Origin: Hormiphora californensis
Lineage: Eukaryota; Animalia; Ctenophora
Assembly (NCBI GenBank): GCA_020137815.1
Contig: CM035357.1
Location: forward strand, 2,108,001 to 2,172,000
DNA: 64,000 bases
Direction of reading: 5' to 3'
Shown: piece after piece, positions 11,001 through 22,223 of the stretch
Numbering within the stretch: the first letter of the stretch is position 1
Layout: every line of letters starts with the position of its first letter
The notes under the pieces: generated by a model
Told to the model about the DNA's origin: nothing
Databases searched by the model: none
Seen by the model: only the letters and a program-made list of their open reading frames with translations
Translations under genes and position numbers: made by a program

Positions 11001-11568
11001 CATGTCGCCGTGGTACCAAATCTTCTCCCTCAACATCCTACCCCTCAACTCGGTTCTGAATCCTGTTTTGTACAGTGATATTTTTACAACTGTTTGGAAT
11101 TACTTTAAAAAGCCCCAGATTGCTAACACTAACCCTGTTCCTGAAGCCGGTCCTGAAGTTGGTCCTACATCCGCTCCTGAAGTTGGTATCGAAGACAAAT
11201 TACACTCAGGCCGCTTCGCGGCCTTTGTTTGGCGCGCTTTGCGCGCCGGCAAGGGAGGGTTAACTTCGTTTCCAACTCCTGAAGCCGGTCTTGCATCCGC
11301 CCCTGAAGCCACTCCTATATCCGCCCTTGAAGCCGATCATGTTATTGTTCCTGAAGCCGATCATGTTATTGTTCCTGATATTGCTCCTGAAGCTGTTCCT
11401 GAAGCTGTTTCTATATCCGCCTCTGAAGCCACTCTTGTGATTTCTCATGAAGCCAATCCTGGAGCCGGTCCTGAAGCCGCTTCTGAATCCACTTCTGAAG
11501 CCGCTCCTGAATCCACTTCTGAAGCCGCTCCTGAATCCACTTCTGAAGCCGCTTCTGATACGAACTGA
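8068..11568 (+). CDS. Intronless class A GPCR with Cys-rich/LDLa-repeat ectodomain (GRL101/LGR-like 7TM, no visible LRRs)
   Basis: Signal peptide MVLFYPLLFLGVARG; ~6 LDLa-like motifs (e.g. CDGQDDCAMGADE, CDLVDDCLDRSDEEEC); 7TM with SLGDLL, TDFCCWMP, NPVLY; PEA-rich repeat tail. Confidence 0.9.
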   Translation: MVLFYPLLFLGVARGISDDHQCPIAVDNRFLVRSCGFGESFLGDIRIPMTCLNSTAGYHKVFRNQPFLRNKKAYVTSLCPNDSIEYQACGHYHSLYTLNKLFLNSPVCGKLCYEREVGMYEFHRASQTCPSAQSSVGYNISLVDGENLEIWIKEGGLCDGVCDEVKLGGDKNTLFLMCVDESSCNGYNYGFVAKHEELDQYVFAPFNSDFTYSLAFQNDPMKALISYSSSCARNLISFPLYNASRCFLRVNKPTSVMDFELMFLGISYCDNGMDQTNCSDPAKVAGSCLIGGYPSTVSIYIVCQENGILCDDNMHKQCQTLTRYCTIHKHRLCDGQDDCAMGADEQKERCLKLTQRSCVRSFSQDQGLLKIPVEWVQDGLVDCLDGEDEKNNWETCGEGIRRTIKYSTEKCSNVFLCKHNKLQFLEAAHLCSFTSNCDEGVCLMAKSRPKITRNMFETRTGVGKTLRSAVCVKGLENLLLLAGERCQSETFNHPFHQFFGKNFTTDLVLPTKTGDCRYLFGEAYVFYSCSGNCFNTPCPLKRPVLHTTCSNRKNMLYSLNLQLGSITTVQTSRERFHNNFFVCKNSDCIQFEKVCDLVDDCLDRSDEEECSNNFQCTDKSGFLALSQKCDGKVDCKDLSDECNESCRRKAVKNEAILGIAFCMGFAGMIFAVGSIIKGFNNIRKSKKSGEFINQSMVLMISLGDLLTSAYLLTLTSVHWIYGSGFCEYQFEWISGAPCTVIGVLNSMGSSISSLVMALVSCFRLHGTVMALRYRSSDEVTRKLKVKVGVLLGGVVLISLTASVFPLIDSLDDWFVNGLVFDKGIKLFLGVMDKSQLVKIVRGYHGSHGNPVQGQYGNSVSWNTFQEMISEMFSQDYDPVRGKKLSFYGNDPVCMFKAFVLLDDPQIVYVWAYHSFYFLCFGCVAVCHGAIAVLAKRSLVQSNKSNSLSRKVSLICLTDFCCWMPFLICCVLHTAEVMDMSPWYQIFSLNILPLNSVLNPVLYSDIFTTVWNYFKKPQIANTNPVPEAGPEVGPTSAPEVGIEDKLHSGRFAAFVWRALRAGKGGLTSFPTPEAGLASAPEATPISALEADHVIVPEADHVIVPDIAPEAVPEAVSISASEATLVISHEANPGAGPEAASESTSEAAPESTSEAAPESTSEAASDTN

Positions 11569-11897
11569 ATATAGAATGAGCAAGATATTACTCTGATATT
11601 CCCTGGAACACTAAGCTGAAAACTGCGTGCACAATGTACATTGGTTTGCTGGTTATAGATTTTCACAACAATCTGCACTAAAATCAAGAGTTAGTTTTCT
11701 TTCAGCTCTTTTAGAAATTTTGTTTTGTTTATTTATAAATTTTTACTAAAAGTTTTAGTTCTCTAACACTCCAACCCATCCTTCTCATTCGTGATCCGTC
11801 CCTCTCTTTCCATCCCTAACAACCCTGTCCCCTATTATTATATCTCCACAGTCCACAGATAGATTAACCAACTCTCCATCTAGCACATGTAATGTAG

Positions 11898-12840
11898 ACT
11901 ACACATGTACAGGGAGACTGATATCTTGAGGGGAGGGGAGGATGGGATACCGACATCTAGGGAGAGTATCAGCAGTAACTACAGTGCCCCGCTGTTCGGA
12001 GAGACCAGCCCTAGGACTCAGTTCCTCCAGAAATCCTTGGCATTCTTTACCATTCTTTGTGCATGTAAGTTGTTTCCATGGCAACTGTTCTTTACAATTA
12101 TTTGGGCATGTGAGAGTTTTGGATCTTCAATACTTTACTTGACTGTCAGGCCAATGCTCTGACAGTTACTTGATCCACTTTGATAGCTTTTTCTTGACCT
12201 CTCTCCATTCACTAATCATCAAAAGGTCCCTGTCTCTATCACAATCCCCTACTCCCCCCCCTCTCTTTTGATTTGTGTCGGAGGACTCAGTGCAGTCAGA
12301 CGACGCAACTCCCCTCTTATTTTCAGGTACAACAATGATAACAGCATGTACAGTTGGGACCCAATCCAACCCTGGTCTACACGTGTTTATGAGTCTCACA
12401 CTTCTTGTCTTTACTGCCTCAACTTTCATGCTGGTATGTAGTGACATGAAATACTTGACTTGTGTTTGAATCTCTATCTCTCTCCCCAATCTTCATCCTC
12501 CACTCCAACTTGAACCCCCATTACCCCCTCTCCCTTCTCACCCCATCTCTCACCTCTCTCTCCCCACCAGGCGATGTGGTATGAGGAGTGTGATCCCTTC
12601 CCCTTTCATTCCAACCCCCTCTAACACCCTTTTTAACCCCTCTCCCCCTTTTCCTTCTAACACCCTTCCAACCCCATCTCCATTCCAACCCCATCGTCTT
12701 CCCACCAGGCAATGTGGTATGAGGAAGGTGATCTCCTACCAAAGATCCTAAACATTCTCTATGTTCAATCAGGGGCAATCATAGCATTCTCCATTCTACT
12801 TCACGTCTACTTCGGTCTAGACTCGCGAAAACAATACTGA
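11898..12840 (+). CDS. Last three exons of a multi-pass membrane protein (11898-12064, 12327-12433, 12709-12840)
   Basis: AG/GT sites join in phase, giving hydrophobic helices and ending ...LLHVYFGLDSRKQY*; no start codon context, so upstream exons lie 5'. Confidence 0.65.
12143..12165. mobile_element. 23-bp micro-element with 8-bp TSD
   Basis: ttacttga|ctgtcaggccaatgctctgacag|ttacttga. Confidence 0.85.
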
Positions 12841-13486
12841 CGGTTTGTGAGTCTATTAATGGGGTTAAAATATATCTTTGGTGCCAATTTTTGGTGCCAA
12901 TTTTTGTGCCAATTGTGGCCTTTTCAATTATTGCAACGACATCCTTGTTATTGATAAGAAATGTGTTGTGCACTTCAAGTTCCCTTGAAGTTTTATCACA
13001 AGTTTGTTCATGTAAATGTTATTGTTTAGTACTCTTTGTGTAATTTTTTTCCCTGAGTGTATCTGTCTGGCGGTGCTGACCCGATCTGAGTGCACTGCCA
13101 AAACGGGGTCTGGCACCACAGCCCATTCTGGGTGTATATGTATGTTTAGTTAAGTTTGGAACGGAATAATTTTGTATTGTGTTGATTTTGCATGTGCCAA
13201 AAGAGCAAGGAAGAACGGAGAGAAAGCCATTTTTAAAATTGATGTTTACCGATTAAGTTATTTTGATGTTTACCAAGAATATAATAACTTTATTACACTG
13301 TTATTTACAGTTAAATCTCGATATACCGGACTGATATACCCTCCAATGATATTTCCCCTAGCTCTATAATACCCTGCACCTTGATTTACCGTACAAAACC
13401 CTTCCGGTAAATCTATATTAAATCCCTAATTTTATCAACATTTTGAACTCTCTGACCGTTGGCAAATCCCTCCACACTAGCTAATC

Positions 13487-15390
13487 ATGTTAACAGAAAA
13501 AGTTCTCAAAGATATCTTTGGTACTTCTGATCTCTATTCCGTCCTGGGGATAGACCGCTCTGCTACGGGGAATAAGATAAAGAAGGCCTACCACAAGAAG
13601 TCTCTGGAGCTGCACCCTGACAGACAGGAGAATGAGGAGGATAAGGAGAGGTTCACAGAGAAATTCCAGTATCTACACAAGGTAAAATTTAGTACTGGCT
13701 TAAGCACCCCTGATTTACCGGGATGCCCGGTGAAAGGTTTTTGCCCGGTAAATCGGGGCCCGACTGTACTGGCAAGCGTCTCTGATAGAGATCAATATTC
13801 TGGTTGATTTTTTAAATTATATTTGGTCAGATCCCTCAATCCAGCCCTTTACAGTAAAGTTTACTGAAATTGTTTTCCCATCCTTTCCAATATTTCACAT
13901 ATATTTTCAGGCGTATCAGTTGTTATCTGACAAGGACCGGAGGGCAGAGTATGATGAACATGGAACACTGGAAACGGATGATGATGGTCTACTAGGAAAG
14001 GTAGGGAGATGGTCTGTCTGGCGGGGCCTGACAAGAGATGGTTGAGTCGTGTTTGTGTGTCCTTGACTACTTATTGGTCAGGCTTTGACTGGTAATATCG
14101 CATACCGTGCTCGAATTGTCCTCGCTACAACTACTTATATCCTTCCTTGTATTCTACCAGGCCCGCACAGCAGACGAGTGGAGCGCTCTATGGAAATCAC
14201 TCTTTAAGCCAGTTACCAAGGAAGATGTTGTCAAGTTCGAGGGGGAGTATAAGGGGAGTGAAGCAGAGAGGGGGGATGTGAAACGATTCTACACTCAGTT
14301 CAAAGGTATAGTCATCTCGATAGGGGTATCACTAGCCCCATCCCCCCCCCACATTTAGTGACTAACTAGACCTATTATAATTTGTCTAGGCCCTAGGGGA
14401 CTAACAACAGCCCCTCCTCTCCCAGGTACATACACCTTTTATTATCATTAACACTAACACTCCTCCCCCAGGTGATATGGATAAGGTAATGGAGAGTGTA
14501 ATGTTGGTAACATTTGATGAAGAGGATAGGATTAGGGGAATCATCGATGAGCTGATTGAGGTATAGTCGGACCCCGATTTAGTGTCCCCCGATTTAGTGG
14601 CACCCCGATTTAGTGGCACCCCGATTTAGTGGCACCCCGATTTAGTGGCACCCCGATTTAGTGGCAGGATTTTTTTCCCCGATATAGGAAATTAACATTA
14701 TTTGACCCCGACTTAGTGGCACCCCGATTTAGTGGCAGGATTTTTCCCCCGATGATGCCACTAAATCGGGGTCCGACTGTACTAACATTTCCCAACTGAT
14801 ATGTAGAGCAAACTGTTCCTCACATCTTTACTTAGTCGACTTTAATTTAGCCGCGTAGGGCCAGGGGGACATAGAGGGGTGTGGCGTGTGACTTTGACAT
14901 TCATGATGAGGTTCGAAGTAGGGTACTACAACTACTATTCTAAACTCTATTTCAGGAAAAGGAGGTATCAAAGTATAAGGCATACACGAGAGAGGACCCG
15001 AAGAAGAGAAAAAGGAGAGAGAAAGCTGGGAAGAAGGAAGCGAAGGAGGCTGCTGAGACACTCAATGACCAAAGTAAGATCCCCTTTCCTCACCAGTTTT
15101 ATAGATAGTGGTTACCCCTCACTTAAATTAAGCTTCCGTTTCCCTACTAGTTCCCTATCAGATCGTTTCGGCGCCGCCAGACAGTTTGGTGGTTACCCCT
15201 CTCTCTATGATTCGTTTGCAGTATTGACATTTCTGCAAAGATATATTCTACCCAAGCGTTAATTCGGCCAGGTTCTCTGATCAATGCGATTGCAAACCGA
15301 CAAGCCCAGAGAGGAAAACAGATGGAATCCCTCTTCGCTAACCTAGAGGAAAAGTATTGCCAGCCTACTAAGAAGAGGAAAAGGAAATAA
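13487..15390 (+). CDS. DNAJC9: DnaJ homolog subfamily C member 9 (exons 13487-13681, 13911-14000, 14161-14305, 14472-14560, 14956-15073, 15272-15390)
   Basis: J domain with HPD, YKGSEAE motif, C-terminal RQAQRGKQMESLFANLEEKY; splice phases consistent. Confidence 0.9.
14564..14779. mobile_element. Short pogo-like MITE in a DNAJC9 intron
   Basis: tagtcggaccccg...cggggtccgactg, TA flanks, 16-bp atttagtggcaccccg repeats. Confidence 0.8.
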
Positions 15391-15725
15391 GCGTGTGTTA
15401 GTCAGTTTTTAATTATTTTTAGTATTATTTTTAAGTTGTTATCATTAAAATATTATATTTATGTTATACCCATCAGGAACTGTGTTAGACAAAATGAAAT
15501 TACATTGTTTATTGAACATATTTCGTTACCACAATTAAAAAAGAACGACGTCGTCCGAATATACCGAAAAATGTTATATTCACGTTTCATCGAATTCGCT
15601 TTTTTCATGGCTCGACAATTTCATTCCCACGAAACCGTGTATAGATGAATGACACTCTCAATTTAATTACTTTATTTCCCAGAAACCATGTTCTAGCAAT
15701 ATCCTAGCTGATCTGTGACAGCTGT

Positions 15726-15789
15726 GTTACCATAGCAACACCTGATCTGTGTTACCATAGCAACACCTGATCTGTGTTGCCATAGCAAC
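15726..15789. promoter_or_regulatory. Three tandem RFX X-box-like motifs (25-bp period)
   Basis: gttaccatagcaac x2 and gttgccatagcaac, matching GTNRCC(N0-3)RGYAAC. Confidence 0.45.
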
Positions 15790-15842
15790 ACCATCACCTG
15801 ATCTGTAGCAACATGTCTGATTTACCTGCTTCCAGTTCCCAG

Positions 15843-17769
15843 ATGAGTGGCTTTGCTTCGCCTCTTCCTGGCGTGCCGGAGGAGGAAGTTATTGCCAGTA
15901 TTGTTTCCAACGAACCGTCCTCAGGTAAATAGGAGATATAATATAACCTGGCAGGCCAATATTCTGACCTTGTTGAGTGACCTTGTTGTTACTCAACAAC
16001 AGACCGCGTTCTGTGAGGTTGCTTACAGTCACATCATCAGCCCAATTGTACGATTACCCCCCCCCCCCCTCCCCTGTATCATTGTAACATATAGTAACGC
16101 CCCCCCCCCTGTAACAGGTGACCTGTACTCCGGACTCCCCCCGTCCCCCCCCCCTCCCTTTAACGTTGTGACATCACTCATAACCACCTGTAATTACAGG
16201 TGACCCGTACTACGTGCGGCATCTCAAGAAGATGGCAGTCCGAAACATGCAAGAGCGGCTCTCAATGCATAGTAAGGACAGCAGAAACAGTTGGAACAGT
16301 CGGAACAGCTGGAACAGCTCTAATAAGAGGAGGTCGGGGTCTACTCGGGGACCCCGGATGAGAAGGGCAAGTAACGCTAGCAGTCTTGGTAGATCTCTCA
16401 CTAGCAGGTTAGCTATTGGGCCTATAAATTAGCAGGCTAGCTATGTAATTTGGGGGGGGGGCCTGCCGCAAGAATCTCAGCTACCCTGTTTTTGGCCGAT
16501 GAGATTTTTGAGATTTTTGGGAAAATTTGCTCAATTACGATTGAGATTTTTGGGATTTTTGTGGTAAATTGGCACAATTTTGGCTGCAAATACTCAGTCT
16601 TTCGTCATCATTTTTAGCATAAAACCAGACCATACTATTAATTTAGTAACTTAATTAGGTCAATGTTGTATTTTAGCTTCTTACTGACTTTTGTATTAGA
16701 ACACAAGGAAAGTTTCTATTCAGAATTTTGATTTTTGAGAAAAAACACAAGGATTGTTTCTATTCCAAATTTTAGATTGGAAATTTTTCCTTTCTATGAG
16801 ATTTTTGAGAAAAATTTGCGATTTTCCTTGGAAAAATCGTAAATTTGCCTCAAAAATCTCATTAATCTCACGGTTTTTGGCCAAAAATCGAAAATCTCAA
16901 AAATCTCAGCTACCCTGAAAATCGCCAATGAGGCATGAGATTCTTGCGGCAGGCCCCCCCCCCCCCCCCCAATTTGGGTAAATCGATGTTAGGCATTATC
17001 CTTCCCCCATTCATTACGAAGCAGGAGCAAGAGAAGGTTTCTTCTTCTTCTCTAGTACCCGACAACAACCACCCTTATTAATTTCCCCTGTCCCTAGAAC
17101 AACTCACAGTTTGGGCAGTTCATCCTCGAATATTTCCGATGATGAGGATGATGATGATGATCATCGGAGACCAATGATGTACCGAGACAAAACTCTGGTA
17201 ATTACAGCGCTAAATATTTAATTATTAATTAACAGTTACTAATTATTTATTAGTAAGAACTAAGAAATATTACGGTATACGGATATCACGTCTAATGTCC
17301 CTAAAATAACAAACAAACAAACAAACAAAAAATTTCCAGGTGGTTCTGCTGACAAGTTCGGTCATGGTATTTGGTGTGTTTTGGTCGAATCAGGCTGTAT
17401 TTCAGGCTGAGCTTATTCAGCACGTTGGTGAGTACCCCCTGGGATTTGGAAAAGTTGTTTGAAAATGTCAAGTTTTGTTAAATGTACTCCAATTACATAT
17501 CTGAGTCATTCGGGTAAATCGGCACCGCCAGACATCTAGATACACTCATACTTTTCAGGTGTTGATTTGAAGGTGATGGGATACCTGCTCTCCTGTATCA
17601 GGGTTGGGAAACTAGCGGGACATATCCTTTTCGTTCCTGTCACATCCCTACTGGATCCAAACCTTACACTTCTGGGCGTGACTGTGCTGGTCGTGTTTAC
17701 GTGAGTGATAAAGGAAGGAAGGACAGACAACGAGACAGCTAGGCAGACAGACAGACAGACAGTCATGGC

Positions 17770-17830
<61 letters not shown>

Positions 17831-19755
17831 TGACATGACATCTCCTCCAATAGGTGTCTGATAGTGGCGGTACCATTTTGCACTATGCCCCTGCTCCTTG
17901 GGGCCGTCTGGTTTGGTACTGGTGTTTGCTATGGGTTGATGGACTCTAACTACGTGCAGGTTATTCAGGTACAGTCGGACCCCGATTTATTAGCACCCCG
18001 ATTTAGTGGCACCCCGATTTAGTGGCAGGATATTTTCTCCCCGATGATGCCACTAAATCGGGGTCCGACTATAATAAGAGAGGTTTAGTAACGAAGAGGG
18101 GTTATTTCGTAACCAAGTAAGAGGGGTAATCAGAATAATCGGGCTTCTAACGGATGGAGTGTACCTCACTCCTCACTAGACATCACCCCAATTTCGCCTT
18201 AGTCCTCACCTCACCTCACCTCACCTCACCTCACACTTCACCTCACCTCATACCTCACCATTCACCATTCACCTCACAGATGCTCAAAGCTAGAAAAAGG
18301 TCCACCTACACTAATCTACTGTATGCAATTTATGGAATCAGTTGTTTTGCTATCACCTTCGTGTTGCGATACATCCAAAATAACGTTACAGGTTGGTCAC
18401 ATTGTGATCCCTTTGCACCCCTGTCACCCATAAACCCTGTCTGGCGCCGCCGTCCCCATCTGAGCGCACTGAGAATCAAATTGGGGTATGGCGCCACCAT
18501 ACAGCCTAAACCCCTTTTGTTTCATTCCTTGTTTAATTTCCAGATACATCGGACGAGTTGATGTATAGTTTTGGTGTGAACGGTGGAATTTCACTTTTCA
18601 TTGCTGCCGCTCTTCTCCTCATTCACTTTGTCAGGTACTTTGAATTAGTTTAATCCTATCATGATATTATATTATTTCAACTGGAAGACAGGGGTGTCCC
18701 GTTGTTTCTCTGAGCTCCAGACAGTGTAAGATTTAGTTAACAGCCCCAGTTCATGAACCCCCCCTACCTACCAGGTCATCGCAGAATGTGGAATTCGTCA
18801 ATGAGGATATTCCGCAACAGGTTGCTGTTAAATTCAAAAGTTTCCAGCACTACTACCTCAGGTAGATATATGTTGTAATAATCCTCCTAAACTTTTGGGG
18901 AAACAGGGTCGAGCAAGGCAAGGTCGTCCATATCCTGATTTGTAGAGTGAGTAACCATTTACTCAACAAATCCCGGCGGACAAAAAGTTCTTAAAATGTG
19001 AGAAGATGATAGATTATATATTCTGAACCTTTTGACATGTATTTATTTCAGTTTCACGCTACTGATACTTTCCGCATTTCTTATCATTTTCAATGTGTCC
19101 GCCTGTTGGAATTTCATCCTTGTTTTTGCAAGAAACTCATCTGCCAACCTTACTGACGATCAAGCATTCGTTGTTGTCCAGGTAACTGACCTGTCACGCG
19201 TGATTGTTGTCCACTGGACAGTCCAGGTAACTGACCTGTCACGCGTGATTGTTGTCCAGGTAACTGACCTGTCACGCGTGATTGTTGTTCAGGTAACTGA
19301 CCTGTCACGCGTGATTGGTGTCCAGGTAACTGACCTCTCACGCGTGATTGTTGTTCAGGTAACTGACCTGTCACGCGTGATTGGTGTCCAGGTAACTGAC
19401 CTCTCACACGTGATTGTTGTCCAGGTAACTGACCTCTCACGCGTGATTGTTGTTCAGGTAACTGACCTGTCACGCGTGATTGTTGTCCATATAACTGACC
19501 TGTCACGCGTGATTGGTGCTTAGATAACTGACATGCATTATAGGTGTTTAACCCTCTCTCTCCCAGGTGTTTTACGGTGCAATGATGGTTATTCGGGTGA
19601 CAAGCGTATTCATAGTCCTATTCTACAAGAACACTACGGTGGTTTTGCTTATCACCAACAGCCTCCTGATGGTTGGGTGTCTATCTGCCATCCTACTGCG
19701 AGACACTCAGTACGGGGGTATCCTTATGATAGCACTCTTCTTTGGAGCAGGTATG

Positions 19756-19802
<47 letters not shown>

Positions 19803-19803
19803 A

Positions 19804-19855
<52 letters not shown>

Positions 19856-19927
19856 CGACAGCTACAGACAGACAGAAAGACAGACAGACAGACAGACAGA
19901 CAGTCAGTCAGTCAGACAGATAGACAC

Positions 19928-19961
<34 letters not shown>

Positions 19962-22047
19962 TAACTTATATAACAACTCTACATAATTCCAGGTGTTGGA
20001 TTGTTTCATCAGTCTCTGTTGAACTGGTTCCAAGACCACATTATCATCACCCCTTCCACCACCCTGCCCTTCTTCCTCGCTTCAACCTCAGGTATCACTG
20101 CGCTGGCAAGCGCAAAGGTTGCCATTCCCCCCCCCCCCCTCAAAAAGCGCCGCCAGAAACGCAGTTATACGTTTTATGGGTGTTTGGCTGAAAATCCAGA
20201 TTTCAGAAGGCTATAGCGTGGCTCCCTTTCATCCGTTTGACTTTAAATTTGGAATGTATACCCGGCTTGGGGTCTTTGACTCAAGTTCAAAATTTCAAGT
20301 CTCTATCTCATCTGGAACCGAAGTTACAGACAGGTCCCATTTGCCCTAAATTCAGTGTAACAGGCATGCGCGCACGCGCGCGCGTAGGAGAGACGCTTTT
20401 TATAAGTGAATGTGACGCCAAACGAAAAGAGATAGAGACTTCATCTTTTCACAGCTGGTAGATCTACTGGATGTGTGTGCATTAGTCGTAGTGGGATCCC
20501 TTTTCATCGACAGGAACGTCCTACAGAACGTCTTAAAGTCGTCATTTTTCAGACTCTAACCAAAATTCTTTGAGCTCAATTTGCACACTGAAGACGGATT
20601 CTAATCGAAAATCGAAGATTATATCATGGAAAGAGAATTGTCTGAACTTTCAGAAACTATATCGTGAATTTTGAAAACCAGACGTATAAGGGTCTTAAAA
20701 CGCGTCTAAAGTGTTATGACTGTTTAAAAACAGATATGACGTTATGGGTTTTTTTCGCTATAGCGGACTCAAATCTCATCCAATCGATCTCAAACTTGGT
20801 CAGTATCTTCATCTAGGTGGGCCCGATAATATGACGTCATAATTTTGACGTTACAACGTCGTGACGTCATTTTATGACGTCAAAATGACGTCAAAAATGA
20901 AAATTTCTCAATTTCGCGACTCTACCCTCTCTATACCAATTCTACTAAATATACATGGATAAAAAATCCCAAAAATGATGCAAATTATACCAAAACTAAT
21001 TGAAATTAGTAGGTCGGAAAGGTTGCCTTACGATTTGAGCTACCTTTGGCACTGGTACATTCCCTTTTGAAGATAACTGAAGCATCTGTAACCTGTCTAT
21101 ACCCCGTGAAAGTTACGGTGCCTAAGGTAGCTCAAATCGTAAGGCAACCTTTCCGGCCTACTAATTTCAATTAGTTTTGGTATAATACATATTATACATA
21201 TATTATATGACATTGGTTGCTTCGTGATACCTGACCGCCTTGTTGATTAATGGCTAGGCTTATAGCATGAATATATAATGCGTAGAATTAATTGACCATT
21301 CAGGGATATTACTGTAATAATCCCCTCATATCCCTCAGGTTTTGTTGCTGGTCCCTCTATTGTTCCACACATCATCACCAACGGAAATGGTAAGCAACTC
21401 TTCCATAACACCCTTCTTGTATTATAGACCCGATCTTTGCTTGTTGAGTAAGGTAACACCCTTACCAACCCTTAGTTAACAAATCTTTGCAAAATTAGAA
21501 TTCAAAATGAATTCTGAACCTAACCATTTTTTGTGTGTCTTCTCCTTATCCAATTGATACCATCCATGGCCCCCTCTATTATAGTTGCACTCCCCCACTG
21601 TCAGAGCATTGGCCTGACAGCTCCCCCACCAGTTAGACAATACCCCACACTCCAATCTGTAACCAATATATTTATTTATAGGCTGAGGTTAACCCGAACG
21701 CCTTCCTGATTCTCGTTACCACCCTCTCCCTCCTCACCATCATCTGCTCAACCCTCCTGGTGACCCTGGAACGAGTGAAGGACGTTAACGTCAAGGATAT
21801 CGAATTACTCCCCTCCCTAATTGGAACTCCAGTCTCCCTGCTTCCCTCTCTAATTGGGACTCCAATCTCCCTGCGGACACCCCGTCCTGATTCCCATGAT
21901 GATGGTGATGATGATGGTGTAGATCGAGTGGCAAGTCAGAGTAGTACCACTGTGAGTGTCTTGAGGGAGAGTAGGTTGAGTAAAATGTCGTCAAGTTATG
22001 TGCAGCAACTTGATCCAACACTCTCCTTCATTACTTCCCTCAATTAA
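15843..22047 (+). CDS. Major facilitator superfamily transporter (MFSD4-like), ~14 exons
   Basis: Exons ~15843-15924, 16200-16388, 17098-17198, 17340-17428, 17559-17700, 17854-17968, 18280-18391, 18544-18634, 18776-18861, 19052-19181, 19567-19750, 19993-20090, 21339-21388, 21682-22047 give ~12 hydrophobic helices; the subfamily call is tentative. Confidence 0.7.
16455..16970. mobile_element. MITE with poly-G termini and 8-bp TSD
   Basis: TIR gggggcctgccgcaagaatctca; TSD aatttggg. Confidence 0.85.
17745..17830. repeat. (GACA)n microsatellite
   Basis: Direct observation. Confidence 0.9.
17972..18071. mobile_element. Short pogo-like MITE at a splice donor
   Basis: cagtcggaccccg...cggggtccgact, TA flanks. 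Confidence 0.8.
19172..19532 (+). repeat. 33-bp minisatellite (~10-11 units) built from an exon-intron junction
   Basis: Unit gttgtccaggtaactgacctgtcacgcgtgatt. Confidence 0.9.
19757..19960. repeat. (GACA)n microsatellite
   Basis: Direct observation. Confidence 0.9.
20984..21186. mobile_element. Hairpin MITE (~70-bp arms) inside a larger intronic repeat (~20091-21231)
   Basis: attataccaaaactaattgaaattagtagg... and its reverse complement. Confidence 0.7.
21598..21620. mobile_element. 23-bp micro-element (reverse orientation) with 8-bp TSD
   Basis: ctccccca|ctgtcagagcattggcctgacag|ctccccca. Confidence 0.85.
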
Positions 22048-22223
22048 CGGACTTTTGTGACGTCATAACGATGACGTAATAGCTCTCCGGACAGCTAATT
22101 GGTATGTGAACTGAAGTTTTTTTTGTAAAACATAGTGTATAGACAGTTTTTTTTTCAAATTTTGTAAGACACATGAAATCACTTTTCCAAAAATCCCAAA
22201 GATCGCTGTATCCCACTTTTTTT

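Noticed and set aside
11260-11583. Antisense RSGF-repeat ORF
   Set aside because: Shadow of the GPCR's PEA repeat tail.
19172-19532. CRISPR-like array
   Set aside because: Head-to-tail repeats with no unique spacers and no cas genes; eukaryotic intron.
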